A DNA stretch of 64,000 bases from Spirochaetia bacterium (GTDB lineage Bacteria; Spirochaetota; Spirochaetia; UBA9216), in contig OY776510.1 in NCBI GenBank assembly GCA_963675665.1, forward strand, positions 4,192,001 to 4,256,000. Reading direction: 5' to 3'. The translations under genes and the position numbers were made by a program. Positions 8,346-17,014 of this stretch are shown piece after piece. How positions within the stretch are numbered: position 1 is the first letter of the stretch; every line of letters starts with the position of its first letter. The notes under the pieces were generated by a model, which saw nothing but the letters and a program-made list of their open reading frames with translations, searched no databases and had not been told where the DNA came from.

Positions 8346-10684
8346 TTTACATTCTCCCATTTTTTTACGGCTCTTTTTGCTATAAAGCGCGGGAGCAGCA
8401 GAATTTCAACCTTATCCATCAACCTGATAAATGTGCACACATGGGGAAGCTCTCCCTCGGCAATCAACCTGTTGTTTGCTTCAGCCGTGCAGGTACTTTC
8501 CTGAAAAGTGAACATCAGCCATGCAGCATCAATACTTTTCAGCATTACCGATAAATCAGCGCCTTTAGTGATGCTGCCGGGCTTAAATTTAACAAGACGG
8601 TCCCCCTTGCGCAGAAAAGAGACTGATGGCCCGTCAGGCCAGACTCCGAGCCTGCAGGTAAAATCATTCGGAAAAGCTCTTACTTCATCTCTTACGCTCT
8701 CTTTCCGGCATGCAATGTTCGGTATAAACCAGCCCAATACAAGCATGATTATTGAACAGTAGATTTTTTTAATACCGGAAAACGATGGCCTGATTGCACC
8801 TGATTTTTTCCGGTTACCTTTAAGATCCGCTTCAATAGTTTTTTCAGCCGGGCCGCCGTCTGCACCGTATCCGCGTTTTTTATAATATTGCCTGACCATT
8901 TTCTCAACAGGGACGACGGTATTTTTACCCGGATAGGGGGTATCCTTTTCAAGCGTAAACCTGCCCGGAAGGGTGTCGTCATCGGGCTGTAATCCGAGCT
9001 GAACATTCATATATCTTTCAAACCTGTTTATCCTTCGGCCTGCCCTGCGAAAATCATGCTTATTCATTTTTATTCCGGTTACCGACATAAAATAATTACT
9101 CAGAATGCTCCAGTCCATAAGATTCTGGGCTATCTGGGGCATGGTAATCGTCGCAATTTTCAAAAGAGCCTTCGGAAGGTATTTGGGAATGGGAGGCTCC
9201 ATGATTATTCCATATATTGAAAACTGGCATACCTGCAGGGAATTTACCCCTGCATAAATATCCTCCATAAAGACAACCCAGTCGGCCTTTCCCATTGTTG
9301 TATGCGGAGGCATATAATCCACCTGAGCTTCAAGGGCAATCATATATGACCCGAGATGACAGCCTCCTTTATTATATACAGCATAACCCAGGCCATGCCC
9401 CCAACCCGCGCGCGGATCATAGGCAGCGCATTCAAGCCCCTTCACATGCATGGCAAAATCACTGCCGCCGTATTTTCTGCTGAGCCGCATCGACCCTTCG
9501 GCCAGTTCATCACCCTCGCCTGTCCGGTATGCAATTGCATCAATTATTTTCCCGATATTATCCGTACGCCCGAAACTCAATTCCGATTTACGCAAATCTT
9601 TCTCGGCGGCTTCCATTGCCCAGGCAACAGTACCCCCTGTCGAGATTGTATCAAGGCCGAGTTCATTCATCTGCTCGTTCCATATCCCAATCAGGTCCGG
9701 GTCATAGTTCTCAATATTGCTTCCGAACATTCCGTTTGTCTCATATTCAGGTATCTGTCTAATCTTCCCGTCCGGGTAGGTGCCTTTATGGCCGCAGAGG
9801 ACCGGGCAATGCCGGCAAGTGGAATGCCTGGTCGAATACCGCTTTGCCATTGCTTCTCCCGAAGTCTTTTCAGTTTCAGGGTTCCACCGGTCACGGAAAT
9901 TACGGACCGGCGAATACCCTTTTGCAATTGCTCCCCGGATATTCACATTTGTTCCGAAGTCACGGAAACCTTTTGTCGAAGAATTACGCAGAATATATTT
10001 TCGGGCTTTTTTATCTGTTTTTTCAAAAAGGTCCGGCATTACAGGAAGCACTTTTGCAGATTTGCCCTTTGCAACCACAGCCTTCAGATTTTTTGACCCC
10101 ATCACGGCGCCGACGCCTCCGCGGCCGGCAAAACGGTGGCCGGAACAAATACCGGCGTATCGTACCAGGTTTTCACCCGCCGGACCTATGACGGCAGCCC
10201 CTTCCCGGGGTGTAAGCTTTAACGAATCCTGGACCTGGTGAGTTCCCTGCCCCCAGAGATTAACTGCATCCTCAAACCAGGCTCCATCCTCGTCAATTCT
10301 GACGACAGTCGGCGCCTGGGCTTTCCCTGAAATTATTATTCCGTCCCAGCCTGAAGTCTTGCAGGCTTCGCCGAAATAACCTCCGCATGAAGAAGCAGCC
10401 ATAAGGTTAGTCAAAGGCGACCTTGTAACAACCTCAAATCTGGCTGTACACGGAGCTCCCGTACCGAGCATTACTCCCATTGAAAAGATTAAAAGATTGT
10501 CAGGATCAAATGCTTCTACTTCACCAAGCCTCTTGCCCAGTATGTCGTTATATATTTTCAGCCCGAGGCCTTTTCCGCCGAGGAACATGGCAAGATCTTC
10601 CTGTGACGGTGAAAAAACCGACCACTGCCGGGTTTCAAGGTTTATTTTTAGATATTTATTTGAGACTCCCCTAATTATCTTCAT
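8342..10684 (-). CDS. Aldehyde:ferredoxin oxidoreductase (W/Mo AOR family) with a C-terminal extension of about 150 aa
   Basis: FLGGKGLG, IGPAGEN, AGRGGVGAVMGSKNLKA, CxxCPxxC, NELGLDTIS, YDPR and DDTLPGRF motifs. Confidence 0.93.
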   Translation of the reverse strand: MKIIRGVSNKYLKINLETRQWSVFSPSQEDLAMFLGGKGLGLKIYNDILGKRLGEVEAFDPDNLLIFSMGVMLGTGAPCTARFEVVTRSPLTNLMAASSCGGYFGEACKTSGWDGIIISGKAQAPTVVRIDEDGAWFEDAVNLWGQGTHQVQDSLKLTPREGAAVIGPAGENLVRYAGICSGHRFAGRGGVGAVMGSKNLKAVVAKGKSAKVLPVMPDLFEKTDKKARKYILRNSSTKGFRDFGTNVNIRGAIAKGYSPVRNFRDRWNPETEKTSGEAMAKRYSTRHSTCRHCPVLCGHKGTYPDGKIRQIPEYETNGMFGSNIENYDPDLIGIWNEQMNELGLDTISTGGTVAWAMEAAEKDLRKSELSFGRTDNIGKIIDAIAYRTGEGDELAEGSMRLSRKYGGSDFAMHVKGLECAAYDPRAGWGHGLGYAVYNKGGCHLGSYMIALEAQVDYMPPHTTMGKADWVVFMEDIYAGVNSLQVCQFSIYGIIMEPPIPKYLPKALLKIATITMPQIAQNLMDWSILSNYFMSVTGIKMNKHDFRRAGRRINRFERYMNVQLGLQPDDDTLPGRFTLEKDTPYPGKNTVVPVEKMVRQYYKKRGYGADGGPAEKTIEADLKGNRKKSGAIRPSFSGIKKIYCSIIMLVLGWFIPNIACRKESVRDEVRAFPNDFTCRLGVWPDGPSVSFLRKGDRLVKFKPGSITKGADLSVMLKSIDAAWLMFTFQESTCTAEANNRLIAEGELPHVCTFIRLMDKVEILLLPRFIAKRAVKKWENVK

Positions 10685-11096
10685 CTGAAGCCTCCAGCAC
10701 TATCGCATTAAACTGGCAGTTATCGACACACCATCCGCATGATACGCATTTATCAGGGAATGATAAAACAGCATAATTCTTCACAAGGGGCAAATCCTCA
10801 GCCTTCATTGTCAAAGCGCCTGACGGACATACTGCTACACAATTTTCACATGCATAGCAATTATCCCTGTTGATAACCGGTTTCAGCCAGAGACTTTTTT
10901 TCAGCCTTTTAATTGTGTTTCCGTAATTGTTTTTAACGGACCCTTTCGGGCAAACACGCCCGCATGCCCCGCATTCCAGGCAAAGCCCCGGATCGATATG
11001 ATGCAGATGCTTGGCTGTTCCGCTGATTGCCCCTGCAGGACATACCTTGACGCAGGAGGAACATCCTATGCAACTTTCAGAAATTATAAACGCCAT
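10671..11096 (-). CDS. Polyferredoxin with four 4Fe-4S motifs
   Basis: Four CxxCxxCxxxC motifs; GGAG RBS. Confidence 0.9.
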   Translation of the reverse strand: MAFIISESCIGCSSCVKVCPAGAISGTAKHLHHIDPGLCLECGACGRVCPKGSVKNNYGNTIKRLKKSLWLKPVINRDNCYACENCVAVCPSGALTMKAEDLPLVKNYAVLSFPDKCVSCGWCVDNCQFNAIVLEASDEDN

Positions 11097-11116
11097 TTTA
11101 TCTCCAGTCACCTGAT

Positions 11117-11238
11117 AATAGACAGGTGTTGATTATTAAACACCACTCTATTAAAATATAACATAGATATCTGTATAATCAATAATCAATTTTTGATCGT
11201 TTATTCATTAAACAACAGATATCAGATAATTGTCTATT
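11117..11238. promoter_or_regulatory. Divergent promoter region with candidate TetR operators
   Basis: Imperfect palindrome AATAGACA-gg-TGTTGATT (11117-11134) and AAACAACAGATATCA (11210-11224). Confidence 0.5.
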
Positions 11239-11249
11239 AACGGGAATTT

Positions 11250-11843
11250 ATGCAAAAAAAAGATCGCAGAGTCAGGCGAACCCAAAGGAAACTCAAGGAA
11301 GTCCTTATTAGTCTGCTTCAGACTAATAAATTATCGCAGATAACGGTAAAAGAGATTTGTGATAAAGCGGATATCAACCGCAGTACATTTTATCTTCATT
11401 ATAACAATGTTTATGCTTTGTGGCTAAGCATCGAGGATGAAATTATTTCAAATATGAACAGGATTCTCGAAACCTTTGACGCACGCTCAATTCTTACTGA
11501 ACCTCTTCCGCTTCTTCTGGATATTACAAAGTACATTGAAAGCGAGAACATTCTGACAAAAAAATTGTTCCAATGCCGCGAATCCGTTATCCTGCTCGAG
11601 AAGGTTAAAATTTGCTTCATAGATTACTTCATCAATAATACAACAACACTCATTAAACCTGAAGACAGGGTCAGAATGGAGATGTACAGCATTTTTGTTA
11701 TTTCCGGTGCTGTCTCGCTTTATTACAGCTGGTTTCTCGGTGAGATTAAAATATCGCTCAACGAACTGGCGTATGCGATAGAAAAGCTGATAACTGGCGG
11801 TGTTAAAGAATATATCAGCGGTTTTAATACCGGGATTTTATAA
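11250..11843 (+). CDS. TetR/AcrR family transcriptional regulator
   Basis: KKDRRVRRT and HTH ITVKEICDKADINRSTFYLHY. Confidence 0.95.
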   Translation: MQKKDRRVRRTQRKLKEVLISLLQTNKLSQITVKEICDKADINRSTFYLHYNNVYALWLSIEDEIISNMNRILETFDARSILTEPLPLLLDITKYIESENILTKKLFQCRESVILLEKVKICFIDYFINNTTTLIKPEDRVRMEMYSIFVISGAVSLYYSWFLGEIKISLNELAYAIEKLITGGVKEYISGFNTGIL

Positions 11844-11853
11844 TCAAAAATCA

Positions 11854-11889
11854 GGAAATCTCCAAAAACTGCAGTTTTTAGATATTTCC
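11854..11889. repeat. Palindromic REP-like element, copy 1
   Basis: GGAAATCTCCAAAAACTGCAGTTTTTAGATATTTCC; overlaps the arfB stop codon. Confidence 0.75.
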
Positions 11890-12300
11890 ATCATTGATGC
11901 TGCGATTCTTCTTGATATCTGCTCTTCTTTTTTTATCATACAGCCTGCGCTCCTGTGAGGCTCTTGAGGGAAGTGTCCTTTTTCTCTTTTTACTCCGGTG
12001 CAGACTTCTGCAGATAAGTTCAGCAAGTATTTTCATTGCGGCGGCCTTGTTTCGGTACTGTGAGCGCTCCTGTTGAATCATAATATAAAGTTCATCATTT
12101 GAATTAATCCTGTTACCAAGCTTTGAACGAAGCTGCAGTTTTTCACTGTTGTCAAGCGAGGAAAGGCTTTCTATCGGAACCGATAGAAAAACTTTTGTAT
12201 TGACCTTATTCACATTTTGCCCGCCCGGACCGCCTGAACGTGAAAATTTAAAAGTTGAGTATGTTTTAATATCCGATATAATATCTTCAAAACCCGCCAT
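11878..12300 (-). CDS. arfB: Alternative ribosome rescue peptidyl-tRNA hydrolase ArfB
   Basis: RSGGPGGQNVNKV, ERSQYRNK and a basic C-terminal tail. Confidence 0.95.
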   Translation of the reverse strand: MAGFEDIISDIKTYSTFKFSRSGGPGGQNVNKVNTKVFLSVPIESLSSLDNSEKLQLRSKLGNRINSNDELYIMIQQERSQYRNKAAAMKILAELICRSLHRSKKRKRTLPSRASQERRLYDKKRRADIKKNRSINDGNI

Positions 12301-12326
12301 CAAATCAGTATATAATATTTAAACAC

Positions 12327-12368
12327 TTGACATCAGCAGTTTTTACGCATAAAAACAACAGATGTCAA
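12327..12368. promoter_or_regulatory. Inverted repeat forming symmetric overlapping promoters / candidate operator
   Basis: TTGACATCAGCAGTTTTT-N6-AAAAACAACAGATGTCAA; reads TTGACA-N17-TAAAAA on both strands. Confidence 0.55.
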
Positions 12369-12454
12369 TAATACCTGTCTTTTTTTATATAAAACCGGAG
12401 ATAAAGGTTTCATTTATACCTTATAATATACATACAGGAGCAAAGGCGTAATAC

Positions 12455-13714
12455 ATGGAAAACAGCTGGTCCAAACTCGACAACGCAGGAAAGATTTATC
12501 CTGCTAACGTCAATTCACGAAACACCACTCTTTTCAGAATTTACGCTGAACTAAAGCAGGATGTTGACCCTGCTGTTCTGCAGAAATCCCTGGATGAAAT
12601 AATTATTCGTTTTCCTTATTTTCAGGTAAAGCTTAAAAAGGGGTTTTTCTGGTATTATTTCATTCGTACCGACGAAAGAGTCATTATAAAGGAAGATTTA
12701 TATTATCCATGCACAGAATGGAATTTCAAAAAATCCGGTTTCATGTTTCTGGTAAAATACGGCAAAAGAAAAATTGCCGTCGAGTTTTCTCACAGCATAA
12801 CCGACGGAAACGGAGCATTGGAGTTTTTTAAATCCCTGCTGCTTCGCTATCACCAATTGCAGGGCATCAAAGTTACCGACACAGGCGGAATAAAAATCCC
12901 GGGAGAAGATATTAAGCCGGATGAAACTTCCGACGGGTTTAAAGAATTTTATGATGTACATATACCGGCAAGAGAACACAGAAACATAAACGCATTTAAA
13001 CTTAATGATAAACTTTCGGATATGGGTGTCTATCATGTAACAACCGGGACACTTGATTTCAACAGTATTAAATCCGTTGCCCGTGAAAAAAATATTAACC
13101 TTACAGGCCTGCTCTGTCTTTTTTATTTTCAGGTTTTTCAGCAGTTAATCTTCGAACGCAAGGCCAGGCCCGCCCCTCTTGTCATTAATCTGCCGATTAA
13201 CCTCCGAAATATTTTCGGCAGCGGAACAATGTTTAACTTTTTTGTTTCTATTACCCCAACCATAGACCCCCGGATAGGTTTCTTTTCCGAAGAAGATATC
13301 ATAAAGCATGTTAATAATTATTTGAGCCTTGAAATTGATCGCCGGTATGTCGGGAAAATGATTAAGCGGAATATCAACCTGGAGCAACGACTTTATGTCC
13401 GGATTATACCGCTTTTTCTGAAAGAACTTCTGTTGCCGTTTATCTACAGGGTTTGGGGAGAGCGCGGATACACCAGCGGATTATCCAATCTCGGTAAAAT
13501 TGAATTCCCCTCCGAAATAGAAGACAATATTGAGTGCATCAATATTATTCCGCCGCCCAGCCCCGGCAATCTGATAAAGATGATTTGCTTCAGCTTCAAG
13601 GGCCAATTTTATATTACGTTCGGCTCGCTAACGGAAAAAAAGACTGTTGAAAAAAAGTTTTTTCGGCTGCTGCGAAAAAACGGAATTTCTGTTAAAATTA
13701 AAACTGTAAGTTAA
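12455..13714 (+). CDS. Alcohol acetyltransferase-like CoA-dependent acyltransferase (condensation fold)
   Basis: WSKLDNAGKIYP, HxxxDG motif (FSHSITDGNG), NLRNIF...TMFNF and SNLG. Confidence 0.85.
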   Translation: MENSWSKLDNAGKIYPANVNSRNTTLFRIYAELKQDVDPAVLQKSLDEIIIRFPYFQVKLKKGFFWYYFIRTDERVIIKEDLYYPCTEWNFKKSGFMFLVKYGKRKIAVEFSHSITDGNGALEFFKSLLLRYHQLQGIKVTDTGGIKIPGEDIKPDETSDGFKEFYDVHIPAREHRNINAFKLNDKLSDMGVYHVTTGTLDFNSIKSVAREKNINLTGLLCLFYFQVFQQLIFERKARPAPLVINLPINLRNIFGSGTMFNFFVSITPTIDPRIGFFSEEDIIKHVNNYLSLEIDRRYVGKMIKRNINLEQRLYVRIIPLFLKELLLPFIYRVWGERGYTSGLSNLGKIEFPSEIEDNIECINIIPPPSPGNLIKMICFSFKGQFYITFGSLTEKKTVEKKFFRLLRKNGISVKIKTVS

Positions 13715-13724
13715 GGGGTTGCTG

Positions 13725-14453
13725 ATGCCATATTGTCCCAAATGCGGAATTGAAGTCGATTACGGCATTTTGAAATGCCCTCTTTGTTCGTTCGATATCC
13801 CGGAAGTTCCGCCGAAACAGGAAATTCTCAGTAACGAAGTTGAACTTAAAAATTATTACAGCGAATTAAAAATGCTAAAAAGCAAACGCCGCAAATTTAA
13901 TAAAAAAATAGTCTTTATCCTGATTCTGCTGATTACTGCCGGAGCGGTTTTCAATAACGCCATGCAGGATTTATTTGTAAACGGTGAATTAACGTTTTCA
14001 TTTTATATATTAAGCTCCTTTGCTTTATTCATCGTTTGCATGATAAGCCTTTTCGGTCTTATCAAGGGATGGAAAAACAACCTGATTATTCTTTTTATCA
14101 GTACAGCGTTATTTATATTGACAATCGACTTGTGGTCGGGCGGAATTGACTGGTACTGGAATATCGGCCTGCCTATAGTAATACTCAGTTACGGACTACT
14201 GTTTCTAAGTGTATTGCTTCTGCGAAAGCTGAAACCGGGCAAACTTTACGGATTGAGCATTATTCTGTTTATATCGTCCATTTTTCTTATTTTACTTGAA
14301 GTAATTCTTGATTCATATTTCGGAGCAATAAATCTTAGATGGTCTATACAGGCCTTAATACCCAACGGCTCTTTTGCACTTCTCTGTATTGCGGGAAGAC
14401 AACTTGTGAATCACGATTTTTTCAAAAAACTGAAACGTTATCTTCATTTTTAA
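13725..14453 (+). CDS. Zinc-ribbon membrane protein (DUF6320-like)
   Basis: YCPKCG...CPLC followed by about 6 TM helices; ends in KRYLHF. Confidence 0.75.
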   Translation: MPYCPKCGIEVDYGILKCPLCSFDIPEVPPKQEILSNEVELKNYYSELKMLKSKRRKFNKKIVFILILLITAGAVFNNAMQDLFVNGELTFSFYILSSFALFIVCMISLFGLIKGWKNNLIILFISTALFILTIDLWSGGIDWYWNIGLPIVILSYGLLFLSVLLLRKLKPGKLYGLSIILFISSIFLILLEVILDSYFGAINLRWSIQALIPNGSFALLCIAGRQLVNHDFFKKLKRYLHF

Positions 14454-14719
14454 AACGGATAGAGTACCCTGTCTTCAGAACAACGATGAAGAGCCTGTTC
14501 ATAAGTCATGAAAACTATGTTACGAAATTCTTTTTCATAAACCCCGTAGATTTCCAAATCACTTACATAATAAATTTCATTGTATATTTTATTCATTACC
14601 GGTCTTATCCTTACCAGACGGCATAACGCACCTTCGCGGTATGAGTATAGAAGCAGTGAAATGAGAACCGGACTGAGAAAAAGTAGGAATTCACCGAAGC
14701 TATAATCGTTCTTTCTCAT
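14450..14719 (-). CDS. Small hypothetical protein with an N-terminal hydrophobic segment
   Basis: Fills an intergenic gap. Extended -10 TGaTATAAT lies 7 nt before the ATG. Confidence 0.4.
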   Translation of the reverse strand: MRKNDYSFGEFLLFLSPVLISLLLYSYREGALCRLVRIRPVMNKIYNEIYYVSDLEIYGVYEKEFRNIVFMTYEQALHRCSEDRVLYPF

Positions 14720-14753
14720 TGGCAATATTATATCATAATTTTAATAATCTAAG

Positions 14754-14789
14754 GTAAATCTCTAAAAACTGCAGTTTTTAGAGATTCCC
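14754..14789. repeat. Palindromic REP-like element, copy 2
   Basis: GTAAATCTCTAAAAACTGCAGTTTTTAGAGATTCCC. Confidence 0.75.
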
Positions 14790-14817
14790 TAATATTAAAA
14801 ACTTCGGAATCAGGAAT

Positions 14818-15834
14818 TCACCCGCTCTTTCTTATGCCTGTAGATTGCCGCTCAATAAAAGTTGAACCTATTAAAAGACTTGCCGGCTTTTCGTCCGGAT
14901 TATTCAGTCGCCGGTCAAGCAAGACTACCGCCTCCGCTCCCATGGTGACTACAGGATTATGGATTGTGGATAATCCCGGAACTGCATCACGAGCGGGGCC
15001 GAGATCATCAAATCCTACAAGGCTTACATGCTCCGGAATATTAAGGCCTGTTTCTTCACAATACTCAATTACTCCCAATGCACAGCGATCCGAGCCTGTC
15101 ATAATTGCAGTCGGCCCCTTGCCGGATCTTAACAGATTTTCAGCCCCTTCAAAGCCGCTTCTCCTGGAAAAATTCCCTTCTGTAACGACAGTACTTATTC
15201 CGTGTTCTTCAGCCAGACAGTTAAACACTTCAAGGCGCTTCATTCCGTCCCAGTAGTTTCCATCCCCGGTGATATAACCTATGGAATTATGGCCAAGCGC
15301 CTTAAGATGAATCAGGGCTTCAAGCGTTCCGTCATATGGATCACAGTTTATACAGTCTGAATCCTTGTAATAATTATTTATCATTACGAAGGGAATATTC
15401 TGACGAACCAGCGACGGAAACCGCTCATCATCAAGTGGGGCGACAGCAAAAATTAATCCGTCAACCTCTCTGCTGTAAATTAATTCGCCAAGTTCCTTGA
15501 ATTTATCGTTTTTCCTGTCCAGAACAATGGTGATTGAATACCCCAATTCTTCCGCCTTTTGAAGAACTCCGTCAAGAAGCCTGTGAAAATAGCTTCGCGA
15601 AAAAGGCGGAAATGATTTATAGGTTTTTACAACAAGACCAATTCGCATTGTTCTGTTGCTGGCAAGAAGCACTGCCTGTCGATTCGGAATATAACCGAGT
15701 CTGGCGGCAACTTCTTTAACCCGCAGCTTGACCGTATCGGTAATCAGGGTTGAATCATTCAGGGCTCTTGAAACAGTAGATTCGGCAACTCCCGCTTCTT
15801 TAGCCACTTCCGCACGGCTTACCTTTTTCCTCAT
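14818..15834 (-). CDS. LacI family transcriptional regulator
   Basis: VAKEAGVAESTVSRALN HTH, LGYIPN hinge and SLVGFDD. Confidence 0.95.
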   Translation of the reverse strand: MRKKVSRAEVAKEAGVAESTVSRALNDSTLITDTVKLRVKEVAARLGYIPNRQAVLLASNRTMRIGLVVKTYKSFPPFSRSYFHRLLDGVLQKAEELGYSITIVLDRKNDKFKELGELIYSREVDGLIFAVAPLDDERFPSLVRQNIPFVMINNYYKDSDCINCDPYDGTLEALIHLKALGHNSIGYITGDGNYWDGMKRLEVFNCLAEEHGISTVVTEGNFSRRSGFEGAENLLRSGKGPTAIMTGSDRCALGVIEYCEETGLNIPEHVSLVGFDDLGPARDAVPGLSTIHNPVVTMGAEAVVLLDRRLNNPDEKPASLLIGSTFIERQSTGIRKSG

Positions 15835-15908
15835 AATAAACTCATTATCAGAAAAATCCAGGAAATTTTCAATCTTTTATAAAAGACAATACATGCTCGG
15901 ATCAGCCG

Positions 15909-16898
15909 TCAATTCTCCATGGCTCCGTCAAAATCCACGGAAGAAGGGGCAAAATTTATCCTGCGTACAAATTCAAGCGATTCTGCAGCACCGAATTCAC
16001 GATCCATTCCGTTATCTTCCCATTCTACGGATAACGGCCCTGTATAGCCTGCATCATTCAATTCGCGAATTATTGCATCAAAATCGACCTGCCCGTGTCC
16101 TATCGACCTGAAATTCCATCCTCTCCTTCCGTCGCCGAACTGCAGATGTGATCCCAGAATGCCGCTTCTGCCGTCCAGGGTTACCGAAGCATCTTTCATA
16201 TGCACATGGTAAACCTTGTCCGCGAAATCCCTGAGAAACAGATGCGGACTTATTCCCTGCCAGATAAGATGACTTGGATCGAAGTTTAACCCAAGCGTTG
16301 CCCTGTTTTCAAAAACCTCAAAAAGCTTAACAGTGGACCAGTAATCATAGGCAATTTCAGACGGGTGCACTTCAAGGGCGAATTTAACGCCTGCCTTATC
16401 GAATTCATCAAAAATCGGAGTCCAAAGTTCCTTTATCTCCTGATAACCGTCTTCAACCATCTGCTCAGTTGTCTGTGGAAAGGAATACAGGTATTTCCAT
16501 ATCGGCGAACCCATAAAACCGGTTACAACCTCACAACCCATGGCGGCGGCAGCCCGGGCCGTATAAATCATTTCCTCTATTCCCCACTTCCTGATTTCAT
16601 CAGGCTTGCCCTGATATTTTGCAGGCGCAAAACCGTCAAGACGCGGATCATTATAATCACCTACACACTGCCCCGACAAATGGGCGCCCAATGCAAAGCA
16701 ACTTAAATTATTTTTTTTCAGAATCTCTTTTTTATCATTTGAATATGATATATCGGTTGCAGCCTTTCTGACATTCATATGATCACCCCAGGCAGCAATC
16801 TCAAGCCCGTCGTACCCGATTTTACTGATAAGAACACATAGCTCGCTGAAAGGTATATCGGCCCACTGTCCTGTAAAAATCGTAACCAATCTTCCCAT
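15909..16898 (-). CDS. Sugar phosphate isomerase/epimerase (xylose-isomerase-like TIM barrel)
   Basis: FTGQWAD, ALEVHP, NFDPSH, HVHMKD and SVEWED metal ligands. Confidence 0.9.
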   Translation of the reverse strand: MGRLVTIFTGQWADIPFSELCVLISKIGYDGLEIAAWGDHMNVRKAATDISYSNDKKEILKKNNLSCFALGAHLSGQCVGDYNDPRLDGFAPAKYQGKPDEIRKWGIEEMIYTARAAAAMGCEVVTGFMGSPIWKYLYSFPQTTEQMVEDGYQEIKELWTPIFDEFDKAGVKFALEVHPSEIAYDYWSTVKLFEVFENRATLGLNFDPSHLIWQGISPHLFLRDFADKVYHVHMKDASVTLDGRSGILGSHLQFGDGRRGWNFRSIGHGQVDFDAIIRELNDAGYTGPLSVEWEDNGMDREFGAAESLEFVRRINFAPSSVDFDGAMEN

Positions 16899-16927
16899 TA
16901 TAATCTCCTCAGGTAATTTAATATCAT

Positions 16928-16951
16928 TTTAATGCACACGCGTGCATTAAA
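16928..16951. promoter_or_regulatory. LacI-type operator
   Basis: TTTAATGCACA-CG-CGTGCATTAAA: 24-bp palindrome with one mismatch and a central CG, 30 bp upstream of the epimerase-lacI unit. Confidence 0.75.
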
Positions 16952-17014
16952 TATTAACACACACCACCTGATAGCACAAGAAATAATATTTTAGGATTTA
17001 TTTTCTGAAGATCA

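Noticed and set aside
9356-10241. Long antisense ORFs over AOR (similar ones over the ATP-grasp, SPOR and RND genes)
   Set aside because: Shadow ORFs opposite well-supported genes, with no recognisable motifs.
11097-11249. Moco/Wco riboswitch upstream of the AOR operon
   Set aside because: The region is short and AT-rich with no multi-stem structure; better explained as promoter/operator.
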